Shown: positions 30,245 to 41,074, counted from the stretch's first letter. The stretch is 64,000 nt of DNA from a bacterium (GCA_037132055.1 JBAXPX010000001.1:5424-69423); one strand, 5' to 3'. A program made the numbers and translations. Notes: generated by a model from the letters alone, not told the origin.

Positions 30245-31231
30245 TTATTCTTCGTCCTCGTTCCCTGTTTCACCAGATTCCAATGAATCAATAATTTTTC
30301 CCATATTACCTTCCATGATAGTTGGAATATTTGACCAAGATTTTTTAATACGATGATCAGTAATCCGATCCTGAGGAAAATTATAAGTACGAATTTTTTC
30401 AGATCTATCACCAGTGCCAATCTGATCTTTTCTAACTCCTGCATATTTTTTTGCCTCTTCTTCTTCTTTTAATTGTTGAATCTTGGCAGTTAAAATCATT
30501 AGAGCTTTTTCACGATTTGCAAGTTGACTTCGCTCATTTGTGGAGCGCACATCAAGCCCTGTCGGTTTATGAATCAAGCGTACAGCTGTCTCAACTTTAT
30601 TTACATTCTGCCCTCCTTTCCCGCCAGAACGTGAATATTCCATTTCTAAATCAGCAGGATTGATCTCAAATAAAACTTTTTTCCTAATTGGCAGAATAGC
30701 CACAGAAGCAGTAGATGTATGCACTCGTCCATTCTTCTCGGTTGCGGGAACTCTCTGTACTCGATGCACACCCGTCTCATGCCGCATTTTTTTATAAACA
30801 TCCTTACCTTTTATTTCAAAACTCGCTTCTTTATAACCATTCAAATCACTTTTTGATTCATAGTTTGTTTTCCAACTCCATCCCTCTATTTCAGAATATT
30901 TTTCATACATATGCGCTAGCTCCCAAGCAAAAAGTGAAGCTTCATCTCCACCAGCACCCGCTCTAACTTCGAGTACTATTTCATTTGGTGATTCTTCTTC
31001 CTCTACATCTTTCTTTAGAATATCTTCTATTTGTTTTTCTGTATTTTCTCTTTGTTCTTGAATTGATTTTAATTCTCCATCAACCATTTCTTTCAAAGAA
31101 ACATCTTTGGTAAGAATTTCTCTAATTTCTTTTTCTTCTTTATCTAGACGCTCCAAAATACCAGCTAAGTAGCTTGTTTTGTGATTTTTCTTTAGTTCAT
31201 CGAGATTTAAAGTCATATTGTTATTATACAT
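30245..31231 (-). CDS. prfA: Peptide chain release factor 1
   Basis: GGQ motif [16 protein letters not shown] and the RF1-type tripeptide PAT ([14 protein letters not shown]). The start was placed at MYNNNMT, which has AGGAGG 9 nt upstream; the track's longer ORF would start inside the hairpin array. Confidence 0.75.
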   Translation of the reverse strand: MYNNNMTLNLDELKKNHKTSYLAGILERLDKEEKEIREILTKDVSLKEMVDGELKSIQEQRENTEKQIEDILKKDVEEEESPNEIVLEVRAGAGGDEASLFAWELAHMYEKYSEIEGWSWKTNYESKSDLNGYKEASFEIKGKDVYKKMRHETGVHRVQRVPATEKNGRVHTSTASVAILPIRKKVLFEINPADLEMEYSRSGGKGGQNVNKVETAVRLIHKPTGLDVRSTNERSQLANREKALMILTAKIQQLKEEEEAKKYAGVRKDQIGTGDRSEKIRTYNFPQDRITDHRIKKSWSNIPTIMEGNMGKIIDSLESGETGNEDEE

Positions 31232-31335
31232 TAAAACTCCCCTCCTTGATGAGGAGGGGCTGGGGGTGGTGATTCTTTTAATTACCACCTCGTCTTGATA
31301 AATCAAGACACTCCTCCTTGGTAAGGAGGAGAACC

Positions 31336-31554
31336 TTATTTCTTAGCTTTTACAGATGCAGCTCGACGTTTATTGAAACGTTCTACTCGTCCAGCAGTGT
31401 CCATTATTTTTTCATTACCAGTATAAAAAGGATGACATTGGCTGCAAATTTCCATTTTGATTTCTGACATTGTTGAACCAACTTCAAAAACTGCTCCACA
31501 AGCGCAAGTGGCTTTTGTTTTAGTGTTAAATTTTGGATGTATATCTTTTTTCAT
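31336..31554 (-). CDS. rpmE: 50S ribosomal protein L31
   Basis: MKKDIHPKF…[12 protein letters not shown]…[10 protein letters not shown]. Confidence 0.85.
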   Translation of the reverse strand: MKKDIHPKFNTKTKATCACGAVFEVGSTMSEIKMEICSQCHPFYTGNEKIMDTAGRVERFNKRRAASVKAKK

Positions 31555-31577
31555 TGTTAAAAAACATTAACATAAAT

Positions 31578-32954
31578 TTAATATGAAAGCAAATCAATAT
31601 CTGCCTGAATTTTATTTTTTAAAGCAATAACACTTCTACTATAAGAACATGTAGACCCCCCAGAACCATAATACTTACAAGCTGCTCTTGATTGAGCACT
31701 GACGCTATTGCCGACAGCTCCTAGATCGGTCAAATACATAGAAGAAGCCATAAAGGCATCCTCTGGTTCCCATGGATTTGGATAATGACCTAAAATCGAT
31801 TGCAAGCGATCTATAAATATTTGCCAAGTCGAAGGAATAAATTGAGCAGGGCCCATAGCTCCCCCATAACCTTTTACTCCAGCGATTGGACAAGACACAG
31901 TGGTATCAAATGGATTGAAGTTTAATTTTTTAGTAATCTCCACAAAAGGATCTATGTCGCGTCCTGGTTTCATTAGATTTGTCCAAATTTTTTGTGTAGC
32001 ACGATTTATACCATATCCAGCTTTAGGCCCTACTATGTCAGTCAAATAACATTTACCAACATTGGAACCAAGGTTGCTTTCTTGGGTAAGAATAGCGAGC
32101 AGAAACGCTGGATCAATCCCGTTTTTACTCTTAGCTTCATTGGCATATAAAAGAGCTGTACCGAACGGAATACCTTTTGCCAAACCTGCGAGTGAGAATA
32201 ATGCGTTACGAATTTTATCTGCTCTTGCTTTTTTCTCAGCTAAGACTTTTTGGTAATCACTTTCTTTTTGTTTACTAATGGCTAGCAATTTTTTCTTTTC
32301 GGTTTCTGATTGGGTAACTTTTTTTTGTGCAAGTTCAAGCTCAGCCTTAGCGTCTGATTCAGCATCTTGTTTTTTTTGTAAATCAGCTTTTTGGGCTTCT
32401 GTTTCAGTCTTTATCCCAGTTATATCTTCGACTGATTTTTTGATCGCCTGCTTTATAGAAGCATAAGATTCTAGATCACTATAAAATCCAGATAGTGTCT
32501 CATCCGAAAAGATCAAGTGAATAAAATTTTGATTGTCAGCTTCATTTGTATTGCGAAGTAGTTGCCCCAATGATTGTTTTTCACTTTCAATTTTTTGAGA
32601 TAAATTTTTTATAGTTGTAGATTTTTCACTTATTGAAACCTTCAGTGTCGCTATGGCCAATGCCCTTGATTTTATTTTTGCTTTGAGCGCATTGATTTGA
32701 CTAGTTAAAAATTTAATATCACCTGTTATTGTACCTGTTTGTTTAGTTTGTTCTGCTAGTTGGCTCTCAAAAGCTGCCACTTGGGCAAGCAGTTGATTTA
32801 ATTCACTTTGACAAAACTGCTTTTGATCATTTGAAGAATTATTATTTAAATCAACAACACAATCAAAAGAAAAAGTCGTTCTTGGTATTCCAAAAGTAAT
32901 AAAAATAGCAAAAACAAAAAAAGCTATGACCATATTTCGCATCATAACTTTCAT
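31578..32954 (-). CDS. Secreted or membrane-anchored coiled-coil protein with a C-terminal lysozyme-like (lytic transglycosylase, SLT-type) domain
   Basis: N-terminal hydrophobic segment, a long Q/K/E-rich coiled coil, and a C-terminal LAILTQESNLG…GAMGPAQFIPSTW resembling the SLT catalytic core. Confidence 0.4.
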   Translation of the reverse strand: MKVMMRNMVIAFFVFAIFITFGIPRTTFSFDCVVDLNNNSSNDQKQFCQSELNQLLAQVAAFESQLAEQTKQTGTITGDIKFLTSQINALKAKIKSRALAIATLKVSISEKSTTIKNLSQKIESEKQSLGQLLRNTNEADNQNFIHLIFSDETLSGFYSDLESYASIKQAIKKSVEDITGIKTETEAQKADLQKKQDAESDAKAELELAQKKVTQSETEKKKLLAISKQKESDYQKVLAEKKARADKIRNALFSLAGLAKGIPFGTALLYANEAKSKNGIDPAFLLAILTQESNLGSNVGKCYLTDIVGPKAGYGINRATQKIWTNLMKPGRDIDPFVEITKKLNFNPFDTTVSCPIAGVKGYGGAMGPAQFIPSTWQIFIDRLQSILGHYPNPWEPEDAFMASSMYLTDLGAVGNSVSAQSRAACKYYGSGGSTCSYSRSVIALKNKIQADIDLLSY

Positions 32955-32975
32955 TATAACATATTTTAGGATTTT

Positions 32976-33641
32976 CTATTTACTTTTCTCTTCTTTAGGT
33001 GAAACTTCAGCTTCTGCCCCTTCTTCTTCTTTCTTACCTTTCTTTTCAACTTCTATTTTCGAAAGATCAACTGGTTCTACTACTTCTTCTTTTTCTTCTT
33101 TTTGTTCAGCGATAGAAGCCACAACTTCACTGCCTTTTGTAATCATTGTAACTCCAGTAGGAATTTTTATATCAGAAACCAAGATAAGGCTATCTAATGA
33201 AACCAAACTTGAAATATCAACAATAAAATTGTGAGGTAAATCTTTAGGCAATGCCTCAATTTCAACTTCATATAGAACTTTTACAAGTGTTCCCAAGCCA
33301 CTTTTTACAGCATCAGAAATTCCTGAAAATTCAAGTGGAATTTTAACTTTGATTTTCTTATCCATGTCTATCACCAAAAAGTCCACATGAATAGGCTCAT
33401 TCGTAACTGGATCTACCTGTACATCGTGAATAAGAGTATCAACTGAAATTTTTGGTCCAGTTATCTTGACAGTAGAAGATTCCCCAGCTTTTTCCCAAGC
33501 TTTTTTGAATTCTACAATTGATATAGAAATAGGCGTAGATTTATTGCCCATACCATAAAAGACGGCTGGCAATTCGCCTGATTTTCTTAAATTTTTGAGG
33601 TCTAAATTTAGATCTCGTGTTTTTGCAGTTAAAGATAACAT
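32976..33641 (-). CDS. rplY: Ribosomal protein L25 (Ctc-form, extended C-terminus)
   Basis: LSLTAKTRDLNLDLKNLRKSGELPAVFYG. Confidence 0.65.
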   Translation of the reverse strand: MLSLTAKTRDLNLDLKNLRKSGELPAVFYGMGNKSTPISISIVEFKKAWEKAGESSTVKITGPKISVDTLIHDVQVDPVTNEPIHVDFLVIDMDKKIKVKIPLEFSGISDAVKSGLGTLVKVLYEVEIEALPKDLPHNFIVDISSLVSLDSLILVSDIKIPTGVTMITKGSEVVASIAEQKEEKEEVVEPVDLSKIEVEKKGKKEEEGAEAEVSPKEEKSK

Positions 33642-33777
33642 GGACTAGATTATATATGAAAAATTTTAAAAAGCAAATTTTGTGGCGTTTTTTAGTGAAA
33701 TTGTCCTGGTTTTATAATGTGAGCTATCATGTAGTCCTTCATTTCGGCCTGATTTTTACCTAGAACAACTTTTATGT

Positions 33778-34644
33778 TCATTTAATTCCATTAAAAAGTT
33801 TCAAACGAGATTCAACGATTTGCTCTATGGCAAAAATGGCTGGATTTAAAATCTTTGAAGGAACAATCTCATCAGGATTCTCTTGTATAGATTTTTTAAC
33901 TGCTTCTTTAAATGCAAATCTTATTTCGGAATTTATATGTACAATTGAAATTCCTGAAGCTATAGCATTTGTAAAATCTTCATCACGCAACCCTGAACCA
34001 CCATGCAAGACAAGCGGAATACCGACAGTTTCTTTGATTTTTTTAACTAAGAGAGTATCTATGTGCGGTTTACCTGACTTTATTAATCCGTGAATACTAC
34101 CAACAGATGGAGCAAGCATGTCTATGCCAGTTTCATCAACAAATCTCTTTGCATCTTGTACTGTAGTTAAAACGCCGGCACCTTCTGGAATGTTATCCTT
34201 AATATCTGATCCAGTACCGATATACCCTATTTCAGATTCTACTAAAATATCTCTGCCAGTATTTTTCATAACTTCGTGTGCATATTCTACACATTGTTTA
34301 GTAACTTTTATGTTTTCCTCAAAACTAAATTTCGCTTGATCTATAATAACTGCATCAAAACCTGCATCGATAGCTCCCTTCACAGAATCAAAACTTGTAT
34401 GATGATCAGCATTTAAAAATATTGGGTAATTATCTTTCTCACGTATTGCACGTATTAGAGCTACTGCTTCTTCACGTCCTACGAATTTTTCTTCACCTTC
34501 TGAAAGTCCAATGATGACAGGAAGATTTAATTTCTTTGCTGCATTGTAAATTCCATGCAATGCTTCTAAGTTTGAAATATTAAAATGACCTATTGCAACT
34601 CCTCGCTCACTCGCATCTTTGATATATTCTCTTAGAGTTTTCAT
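33778..34644 (-). CDS. fba: Class II fructose-bisphosphate aldolase
   Basis: HFNISNLEAL…, DHHTSF, and LVLHGGSG. Confidence 0.75.
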   Translation of the reverse strand: MKTLREYIKDASERGVAIGHFNISNLEALHGIYNAAKKLNLPVIIGLSEGEEKFVGREEAVALIRAIREKDNYPIFLNADHHTSFDSVKGAIDAGFDAVIIDQAKFSFEENIKVTKQCVEYAHEVMKNTGRDILVESEIGYIGTGSDIKDNIPEGAGVLTTVQDAKRFVDETGIDMLAPSVGSIHGLIKSGKPHIDTLLVKKIKETVGIPLVLHGGSGLRDEDFTNAIASGISIVHINSEIRFAFKEAVKKSIQENPDEIVPSKILNPAIFAIEQIVESRLKLFNGIK

Positions 34645-34648
34645 TTTT

Positions 34649-36079
34649 TTATTTTAACATTTCCTTTAATAATTTAATAACTATTTGTGGATTAGCACTA
34701 CCACTGCTCTCTTTTATAACTTTTCCAACAATAGACATTATTGCATTTTCTTTCCCAGCTTTATAAGTAGCCACCACTTCAGGATTTTCTTTAATTGTTT
34801 TTTCTACAATCTCTCTTATCGTTCCTTCATCGTTTTTCTGTAATAAATTTTTTTCTGTGGCGATTTTAAATGGGGATTCATCATTTATCACTATCATTGC
34901 TAAAATATCTTTCGCTCCGCGAGAAGAAATTTTATTCTCAAAAAGTAAGTTTATGAGTTCTGCAAAATTTTCTGGCTTTGGCATTTTTGCATCTTTGTTG
35001 TTTTTCTTTAAACCAAGGAAATCTGACGTAATATAATTTGAAGCAATTTTTACTTTTTCAGTAGTTGATAATATCTTCGAAATATCTTCAAACCATTCTC
35101 CAAGCTCTAGGTCATTTATATAACTTTCTATGTCTTCATCTTTTATACAAAAATCTTTTTTATATCTTTCCCGCTTTGCCAAAGGAAGCTCTGGTAATTC
35201 TTTTTTCATCTTTTCTAAATCAAATGCTTCGTGAAGCTTCATCTTTGGTAAATCTGGATCCGGAAAATATCTATAATCATGACTGGATTCCTTCTTTCTT
35301 TGAGAAAATGTTTTTTGTTTTACTTCATCCCAACCACGAGTTTCTTGAACTATTTCATCACCCTTACCACTTTCCAACAACTCTATCATTCTGTCTACTT
35401 CATATTTAATAGCTTTTTCTACACTCCTAAAAGAATTAAGATTTTTTACTTCAACTTTTGTTCCCAATTTATTTTTATCTTCTGACACAGAAATATTTGC
35501 CTCTACTCGCATTTCTCCTTTTTCCATATTTACATCTGACACCCCTAAATACCAAAGAATCAGTTGAAGTTCTTTTGCAAAATTAGATGATCCTTTTGCT
35601 GCGGTAATATCATCTACAAAGGTATTAGGCTCTGTCACAAGCTCCATTAATGGCACTCCAGCTCGATTAAAGTCAATTAAGGAGAAGTCCCCCTTGTCGT
35701 GTTTATTATTTGCTGTATCTTCTTCTAAATGCACACGAGTTATATCAAAATCTACCAAACGTCCTCCTGAAACTATTGGATATTTATATTGAGAAATCTG
35801 ATATCCTTTCGGAATATCTGGATAAAAATAATTTTTTCGATCAAATTCTGTAAAATCAGCAATACTACCACCAACAGCCAGACCAACTTTTACAACACTT
35901 TCAATCGCTTTTTTGTTTGGTACGGGTAAAGTACCAGGATGTGCCATACAAACTGGACAAATATTTATATTTGGCATATCTACGTCAGGATCATTCCTAC
36001 AAGCACAAAACATTTTGGTTTGCGTTTTCAATTCTGCATGTATTTCAAGTCCAATTGTTGGATAATATTTTTTTGGCAT
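34649..36079 (-). CDS. gatB: Asp-tRNA(Asn)/Glu-tRNA(Gln) amidotransferase subunit B
   Basis: PTIGLEIHAELKTQTKMFCAC at the N-terminus and a YqeY-like C-terminus. Confidence 0.85.
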   Translation of the reverse strand: MPKKYYPTIGLEIHAELKTQTKMFCACRNDPDVDMPNINICPVCMAHPGTLPVPNKKAIESVVKVGLAVGGSIADFTEFDRKNYFYPDIPKGYQISQYKYPIVSGGRLVDFDITRVHLEEDTANNKHDKGDFSLIDFNRAGVPLMELVTEPNTFVDDITAAKGSSNFAKELQLILWYLGVSDVNMEKGEMRVEANISVSEDKNKLGTKVEVKNLNSFRSVEKAIKYEVDRMIELLESGKGDEIVQETRGWDEVKQKTFSQRKKESSHDYRYFPDPDLPKMKLHEAFDLEKMKKELPELPLAKRERYKKDFCIKDEDIESYINDLELGEWFEDISKILSTTEKVKIASNYITSDFLGLKKNNKDAKMPKPENFAELINLLFENKISSRGAKDILAMIVINDESPFKIATEKNLLQKNDEGTIREIVEKTIKENPEVVATYKAGKENAIMSIVGKVIKESSGSANPQIVIKLLKEMLK

Positions 36080-36127
36080 AAGTTAATTATAACATGGGAT
36101 TTTTCCTTTTTTCCCTCGACTATTGAC

Positions 36128-37126
36128 CTACGAGCGAAGTTTCAAAATTTTAACCAAACTATCTCTGAATTTTTTTGTTGACTTATCGTCATACAAAGAA
36201 ATAGAAAAAACATTTTTGTTAATTTTTTTAAATTTTTCAATTTCTTTGTCAATGAGTTTTTCATTTTCCATTACATCAGTTTTAGTCAAAATAATTATTT
36301 CATCTTTTTTTGAAAGACCATTTTCTCCTAAATTATTTTTCTTATCATACGCCTCAAGTTCTTTTCTAATTTCTTTATAAGCTTTTAATAAATTGCTATT
36401 TTCAAAAGAGATTAAATGCGCAATCATTTTTGTCCTTTTAATATGACGTAAAAATTTTACTCCCAAACCTTTTCCTTCTGATGCTCCTTCTATCACTCCT
36501 GGAATATCTGCAATAATATAACCATAAAAATCTCCTAAATTTGGATCAAGAGTAGTAAAAGCATAATCCCCGACTTTTGCATCGGCATTCGTAAGAACAT
36601 TCAACAACGAAGATTTTCCTGCATTTGGAAGACCTACTAAGCCAATATCCGCAAAAAGTTCAAGCTCAATTATAAAATTACCATTTTCTCCCTCTTGTCC
36701 TGAGCGACATTCTTGTGGAGTTGTATTTGTAGAACTCTTAAAATGTTCATTCCCAAAACCTCCGTATCCACCATGCAATAATAAAACTTTTTGCCCTTCT
36801 TCGAGTAATTGCCATTTTTCTTCAGTTTGAGGGTTTGTGATAATAGAACCTATTGGCAATTCTAAAATAAAATCTTCACCATTTTTACCGTGCAAACTTT
36901 TATTTCCACCATCTTCACCTCGACCTGCAATAAATTCTTTTTTGGCTTTATATTTTGCAAGCACACCCATGTCTCGAACAGCAAGTGCAAAAAAATCTCC
37001 ACCACGACCACCATCTCCACCAGCTGGTCCACCCTTTGGAATAAATTTTTCTTGACGCCAACGAACAACGCCGTCTCCACCGCGACCCGCTTCCGCATAT
37101 ATTTTTATTTCATCAACAAATGCCAT
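36128..37126 (-). CDS. obgE: GTPase Obg
   Basis: Glycine-rich Obg fold GRGGDGVVRWRQEKFIPKGGPAGGDGGRGGD, followed by a G-domain GLPNAGKSS. Confidence 0.85.
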   Translation of the reverse strand: MAFVDEIKIYAEAGRGGDGVVRWRQEKFIPKGGPAGGDGGRGGDFFALAVRDMGVLAKYKAKKEFIAGRGEDGGNKSLHGKNGEDFILELPIGSIITNPQTEEKWQLLEEGQKVLLLHGGYGGFGNEHFKSSTNTTPQECRSGQEGENGNFIIELELFADIGLVGLPNAGKSSLLNVLTNADAKVGDYAFTTLDPNLGDFYGYIIADIPGVIEGASEGKGLGVKFLRHIKRTKMIAHLISFENSNLLKAYKEIRKELEAYDKKNNLGENGLSKKDEIIILTKTDVMENEKLIDKEIEKFKKINKNVFSISLYDDKSTKKFRDSLVKILKLRS

Positions 37127-37191
37127 AATTATTATATATTAGCACGAATTTAAAAATTCTCTTAAAAACTTTATCCTCGGTTTTTTTATCT

Positions 37192-37287
37192 TAAAATAGG
37201 AAAATAAAAATTTTAAGAGTCGTGGATCCCCTTGTCCTTATGACTCCAAGGGCGAAGGCTCAGAAATTTTTGATTTTCCTATTTTTA
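37192..37287. repeat. Copy 2 of the palindromic intergenic repeat, with a 14-bp AT-rich terminal inverted repeat (TAAAATAGGAAAAT / ATTTTCCTATTTTA)
   Basis: The core is near-identical to 27432-27497. It supplies the last ~14 codons and the stop of the upstream gene. Confidence 0.8.
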
Positions 37288-38206
37288 ATGCTAACTTAGC
37301 TAGTTTTATCGCTCCTTCTTTTGATTTTGCCACAGTAAGAAAAAGACCTTTATGACAAAAAACAGCATCTTTCACTCCTGTAACTTTTTGTAATTCTTCA
37401 TCTCTAAGCCCTGCCCATTTTTTGGGAAAATCTTTCTTATTCTTGAAAGTTTTAGTATTTTCTCTTATTGCCCTTATTCCCCACAAATTATCACTCCCTC
37501 TTGGATAAATCACAAAGAAAGATTCTTTAAATTTATTCAAAATATCTTCATCGTGAAAATGTTCATTTAAAACTAAAATCCTTTTATCCTTTGTTTTTTT
37601 ATAAATTAAATTTACTTTTTTTTCAGAAATAACTGCGTCTTCAATATGAATTATTTCCCTTGATAATATTTCTTTTGCTATCCTTACGGACTCTAAAAAC
37701 ATTTCTTCATTATTTGCTTTTTTTTCTCGTAGGGCTGGACGCATGGCAAAGAAAAAATGTTCAATAAAATAAGGCGAAATTTTATGTTTATTTTCCACTA
37801 AATCAAAACCATTATCAAAAGCGTCAATGGGAGCTACAAGATGATCGTCGATTATTTCCATAACTTCTTTCGTATTGCAAAGTTCTTTCCCAAATTTTTT
37901 CCAAACTAAACCAAAAGAAGAATATTCTATACCGTTTTCTCTTATACCTCCTCCGCCTTTTTGATGATGGTCAAAACGGTTTTTCTTCGGATCATAGATG
38001 CCTCCGACGTCAAAAACATAATCACCCCTTTTTACAAGCTCTTCATCACGAGTGCGAATTACCTTAAACTTATTCCCTTTTTTCTCAAGCATTAGAGATA
38101 AAGTCGCACAAGCAAAAATATCATCTGCGTGAAATGACCCATTGTGAGTTACTAAAAGTTTTTTATTTTTATTTTGTTTCATCGTAAAATTCTTCAAAAA
38201 TTTCAT
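37238..38206 (-). CDS. MYG1/UPF0160-family metal-dependent hydrolase
   Basis: LLVTHNGSFHADDIFACATL at the N-terminus; the C-terminal tail is encoded by the repeat. Confidence 0.55.
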   Translation of the reverse strand: MKFLKNFTMKQNKNKKLLVTHNGSFHADDIFACATLSLMLEKKGNKFKVIRTRDEELVKRGDYVFDVGGIYDPKKNRFDHHQKGGGGIRENGIEYSSFGLVWKKFGKELCNTKEVMEIIDDHLVAPIDAFDNGFDLVENKHKISPYFIEHFFFAMRPALREKKANNEEMFLESVRIAKEILSREIIHIEDAVISEKKVNLIYKKTKDKRILVLNEHFHDEDILNKFKESFFVIYPRGSDNLWGIRAIRENTKTFKNKKDFPKKWAGLRDEELQKVTGVKDAVFCHKGLFLTVAKSKEGAIKLAKLALKIGKSKISEPSPLES

Positions 38207-38774
38207 AAATCCATCCGATTAATTTATCAAAAAGGAAAAATAAAATCATTAAAATTAATATGACAAGCGAAAACCTCCAAATCTCTTTACTAACATGTAA
38301 TGCTGTAAAACTAAAGAAATATCCAAGCGATAACAATAGCGGAGCCCAAATCAAAGTAGCACTAATTTCAGCTTTTAAATATTTTTTATAATTTACATTT
38401 TCATAGCCTGAAAATATTATTACCATAGAATTAACACCAAATATAAATTTGGAAATAAAAATTGACCAAAAAGGTTTTTGATTAAAATGTGGCATTATGT
38501 TCAATACTCTTTTTTCTATATACTTGAGAGCCCTAGTCTCATGCCATTTGTCGTGAATTATTTTGCCAATATGATAACCTAAAAGGGTTTTACTAAAACC
38601 TCCTATCAAAATAAAACACAATGCAAACCAAACATTTAAAGCACCAAGATGTGAAAGAATGCCAGTAGATATCAATACGACTTCTCCTTCAAAAATTAAT
38701 CCAAAAAATATAATAACATACACCAAAACTTGATGATGAATAACCAAAGTAGTTAAAAGTTTTACGGTATGCAT
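38169..38774 (-). CDS. DedA/TVP38-family membrane protein
   Basis: GLIFEGEVVLISTGIL…LIGGFSKTLLGYHIGK. Confidence 0.5.
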   Translation of the reverse strand: MHTVKLLTTLVIHHQVLVYVIIFFGLIFEGEVVLISTGILSHLGALNVWFALCFILIGGFSKTLLGYHIGKIIHDKWHETRALKYIEKRVLNIMPHFNQKPFWSIFISKFIFGVNSMVIIFSGYENVNYKKYLKAEISATLIWAPLLLSLGYFFSFTALHVSKEIWRFSLVILILMILFFLFDKLIGWIYEIFEEFYDETK

Positions 38775-38777
38775 ATA

Positions 38778-39227
38778 TTAAAATAAGACATCTACGGCCT
38801 CTTTTACAGTATTACCATCTGCTTTACCTTTTAAATCTTTCATCAAAGCTGACATTAATTTGCCTTTTTCTTTTGGATCATTTATTCCAAGCTCCTCTTT
38901 TTTTGCTTTCGCTATTTTCCCAACTTCTTCAAGATCCATCATCTTCGGTAAATATTTTTCTAAAATTATAAGTTGTGCTTCTTCTTCTTTTACTAAATCC
39001 ATCCTATTCCCTTTTTTGAATTGTTCTATGGAGTCTTTCCTTTGTTTGGCAAGACGAGTTATCACAGAAATTGCTTCTTCATCGGAAAGCATTTCGTTCG
39101 GCTTTTTGCCTTTTGCTACTAATTCGTTGGTAAAAGCAGAAACCATTCCGCGATAAGTATCAAGTGCTGTTTGGTCTTTAGCCATCATTGCTTCTTTTAT
39201 TTTTCCTTTTATTTGTTCGTGTAACAT
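38778..39227 (-). CDS. GatB/YqeY-domain protein
   Basis: Full-length YqeY-like helical domain. Confidence 0.7.
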   Translation of the reverse strand: MLHEQIKGKIKEAMMAKDQTALDTYRGMVSAFTNELVAKGKKPNEMLSDEEAISVITRLAKQRKDSIEQFKKGNRMDLVKEEEAQLIILEKYLPKMMDLEEVGKIAKAKKEELGINDPKEKGKLMSALMKDLKGKADGNTVKEAVDVLF

Positions 39228-39262
39228 AGATTTATTATAACAAATTATGTTAAAATAGCACT

Positions 39263-39982
39263 ATGCAAAAGATTATATTTTTTGATACTGAAACGACTGG
39301 TAATACAGAAAAAGATTTTTTATGCCAACTAGCATACAAAGTAGACACAGAATCATTTTGTGGACTTTATAAACCACCAATCAAAATTCCAGCTGAAGCC
39401 TCTGCCATACACCACATAACAAACAAAATGGTTGAAAGTAAATCCTCTTTTTCAGAAAGTTCTGATTATAAAAAAATAAAAAATACTTTTGAAGAAAAAG
39501 ACGCTGTTGTAGTTGCTCATAATGCTCTGTTTGATCTAATGATCATTAAAAAAGAAAACATAATTCCAAAGAATTTCATTTGTACATTGAGACTTGCGCG
39601 CCATCTTGATCCAGAGGCAAAAATCGGGAAATATAATTTGCAATATTTACGTTATTTACTTGACCTTGAAGTGGAAGCCACTGCTCACGATGCCCTTGGA
39701 GATGTGCTTGTTTTAGAAAAATTATATGAGCGATTAAAGAAAAAATTAATCGACACCGAAAATCTAACAGAAAAAGATGCGGTAAAAAGAATGATAGAGA
39801 TATCATCACATCCGTCAATTTTTAAATATATTAATTTTGGGAAACATAACGGAAAAGAATTAAAAGAAATTGCTCAAATTGATTCTAGATATTTAGAATG
39901 GCTTCTTGCTCAAAAACTTGAAAGTGATCAAATAGATGAAGACTGGATATATACTTTAAAACATTACTTAGGTAAATTATAA
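39263..39982 (+). CDS. DnaQ-like 3'-5' exonuclease (DEDDh) with a C-terminal extension
   Basis: Exo I IIFFDTETTG, exo II VVAHNALFD, exo III HDALGD. Confidence 0.7.
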   Translation: MQKIIFFDTETTGNTEKDFLCQLAYKVDTESFCGLYKPPIKIPAEASAIHHITNKMVESKSSFSESSDYKKIKNTFEEKDAVVVAHNALFDLMIIKKENIIPKNFICTLRLARHLDPEAKIGKYNLQYLRYLLDLEVEATAHDALGDVLVLEKLYERLKKKLIDTENLTEKDAVKRMIEISSHPSIFKYINFGKHNGKELKEIAQIDSRYLEWLLAQKLESDQIDEDWIYTLKHYLGKL

Positions 39983-39986
39983 AAAA

Positions 39987-41039
39987 ATGGAAAATATTTT
40001 ATGGATTATAATAGGAATTTTAGTTGGAGGAATCCTCGTTTATTTTGTATTTGGAAAAAAGAAAGAGGAAAAAGAAGAAAAAAATGATACTGGTTTACAA
40101 CTAATACTTGCCCAACTAAATGAACTCTCAAGAACCGTAGATAATAAAATCGGCGAATCACACAAACAAATGAACGATAGTTTGCAATTCCATTCGACAG
40201 AATCAAATAAAATAATCCGCGATGTAACAGAAAAACTAACCCGCCTTGACGAAACAAACAAGCAAGTTATCTCTTTTGCCGATCAATTGCAAAGCTTGCA
40301 AGATATTTTAAAAAATCCAAAACAACGTGGAATATTGGGTGAATACTATTTAGAGACAGTATTAAAAAATGTCCTACCTCCAGGGAGCTATCAGATGCAA
40401 TATGCTTTTCCAGATGGCAATATCGTCGATGCTGTGGTTTTTGTAAAAGACAAAATAATACCAATAGATTCAAAATTCTCACTAGAAAATTATAATAGAA
40501 TGATCGAAGAAAGAAATCCTGCCGAAAAGAAGAAATTAGAAACTATTTTTATCAATGATTTAAAAAATAGAATCACTGAAACTGCAAAATATATCCAACC
40601 AGCACAAAATACAACTGATTTTGCTTTTATGTTCATTCCTCACGAAGCAATATATTATGATCTTTTAATAAACAAAGTTGGTTCCCAGGATGAAAGCGCT
40701 GAAAATTTAATTCAACGAGCATCAGGGAAATACAAAGTCATTATCGTTTCCCCTACTTCTTTCCTTGCATATTTGCAAACAGTTCTTCAAGGATTGAAAG
40801 CAATGCAAATAGAAGAATCTGCTAAAGAAATAATAAAAAAAGTTGGTGACCTTGGAAAACATTTAAAATCTTACGACGAATATCATATGAAACTTGGCAG
40901 CGCCCTTGGCACAGTGGTAAACCATTACAACACCTCAAATAAAGAATTAAAAAAAATCGACAAAGACATTCTGCGTATTTCTGGATCTTCACCAGAACTC
41001 TCCCCCGTTGAAATAGACAAACCAAAAATTGAAGATTAA
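39987..41039 (+). CDS. rmuC: DNA recombination protein RmuC
   Basis: N-terminal TM helix and the RmuC core (QRGILGEYYLETVLKNVLP…FPDGNIVDAVVF). Confidence 0.7.
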   Translation: MENILWIIIGILVGGILVYFVFGKKKEEKEEKNDTGLQLILAQLNELSRTVDNKIGESHKQMNDSLQFHSTESNKIIRDVTEKLTRLDETNKQVISFADQLQSLQDILKNPKQRGILGEYYLETVLKNVLPPGSYQMQYAFPDGNIVDAVVFVKDKIIPIDSKFSLENYNRMIEERNPAEKKKLETIFINDLKNRITETAKYIQPAQNTTDFAFMFIPHEAIYYDLLINKVGSQDESAENLIQRASGKYKVIIVSPTSFLAYLQTVLQGLKAMQIEESAKEIIKKVGDLGKHLKSYDEYHMKLGSALGTVVNHYNTSNKELKKIDKDILRISGSSPELSPVEIDKPKIED

Positions 41040-41045
41040 TTTATT

Positions 41046-41074
41046 TTGACAAAAACTATTAAATTTCATATAAT
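41046..41074 (+). promoter_or_regulatory. Consensus sigma70-type promoter TTGACA-N17-TATAAT
   Basis: Exact hexamers at 41046-41051 and 41069-41074, with a 17-nt spacer. Confidence 0.55.

Noticed and set aside
30245-31306. The track's longer 353-aa version of the prfA ORF, starting at 31306.
   Set aside because: The extra 25 codons lie inside the four-hairpin array and lack an SD. MYNNNMT at 31231 has AGGAGG at the proper distance and gives a normal-length RF1.
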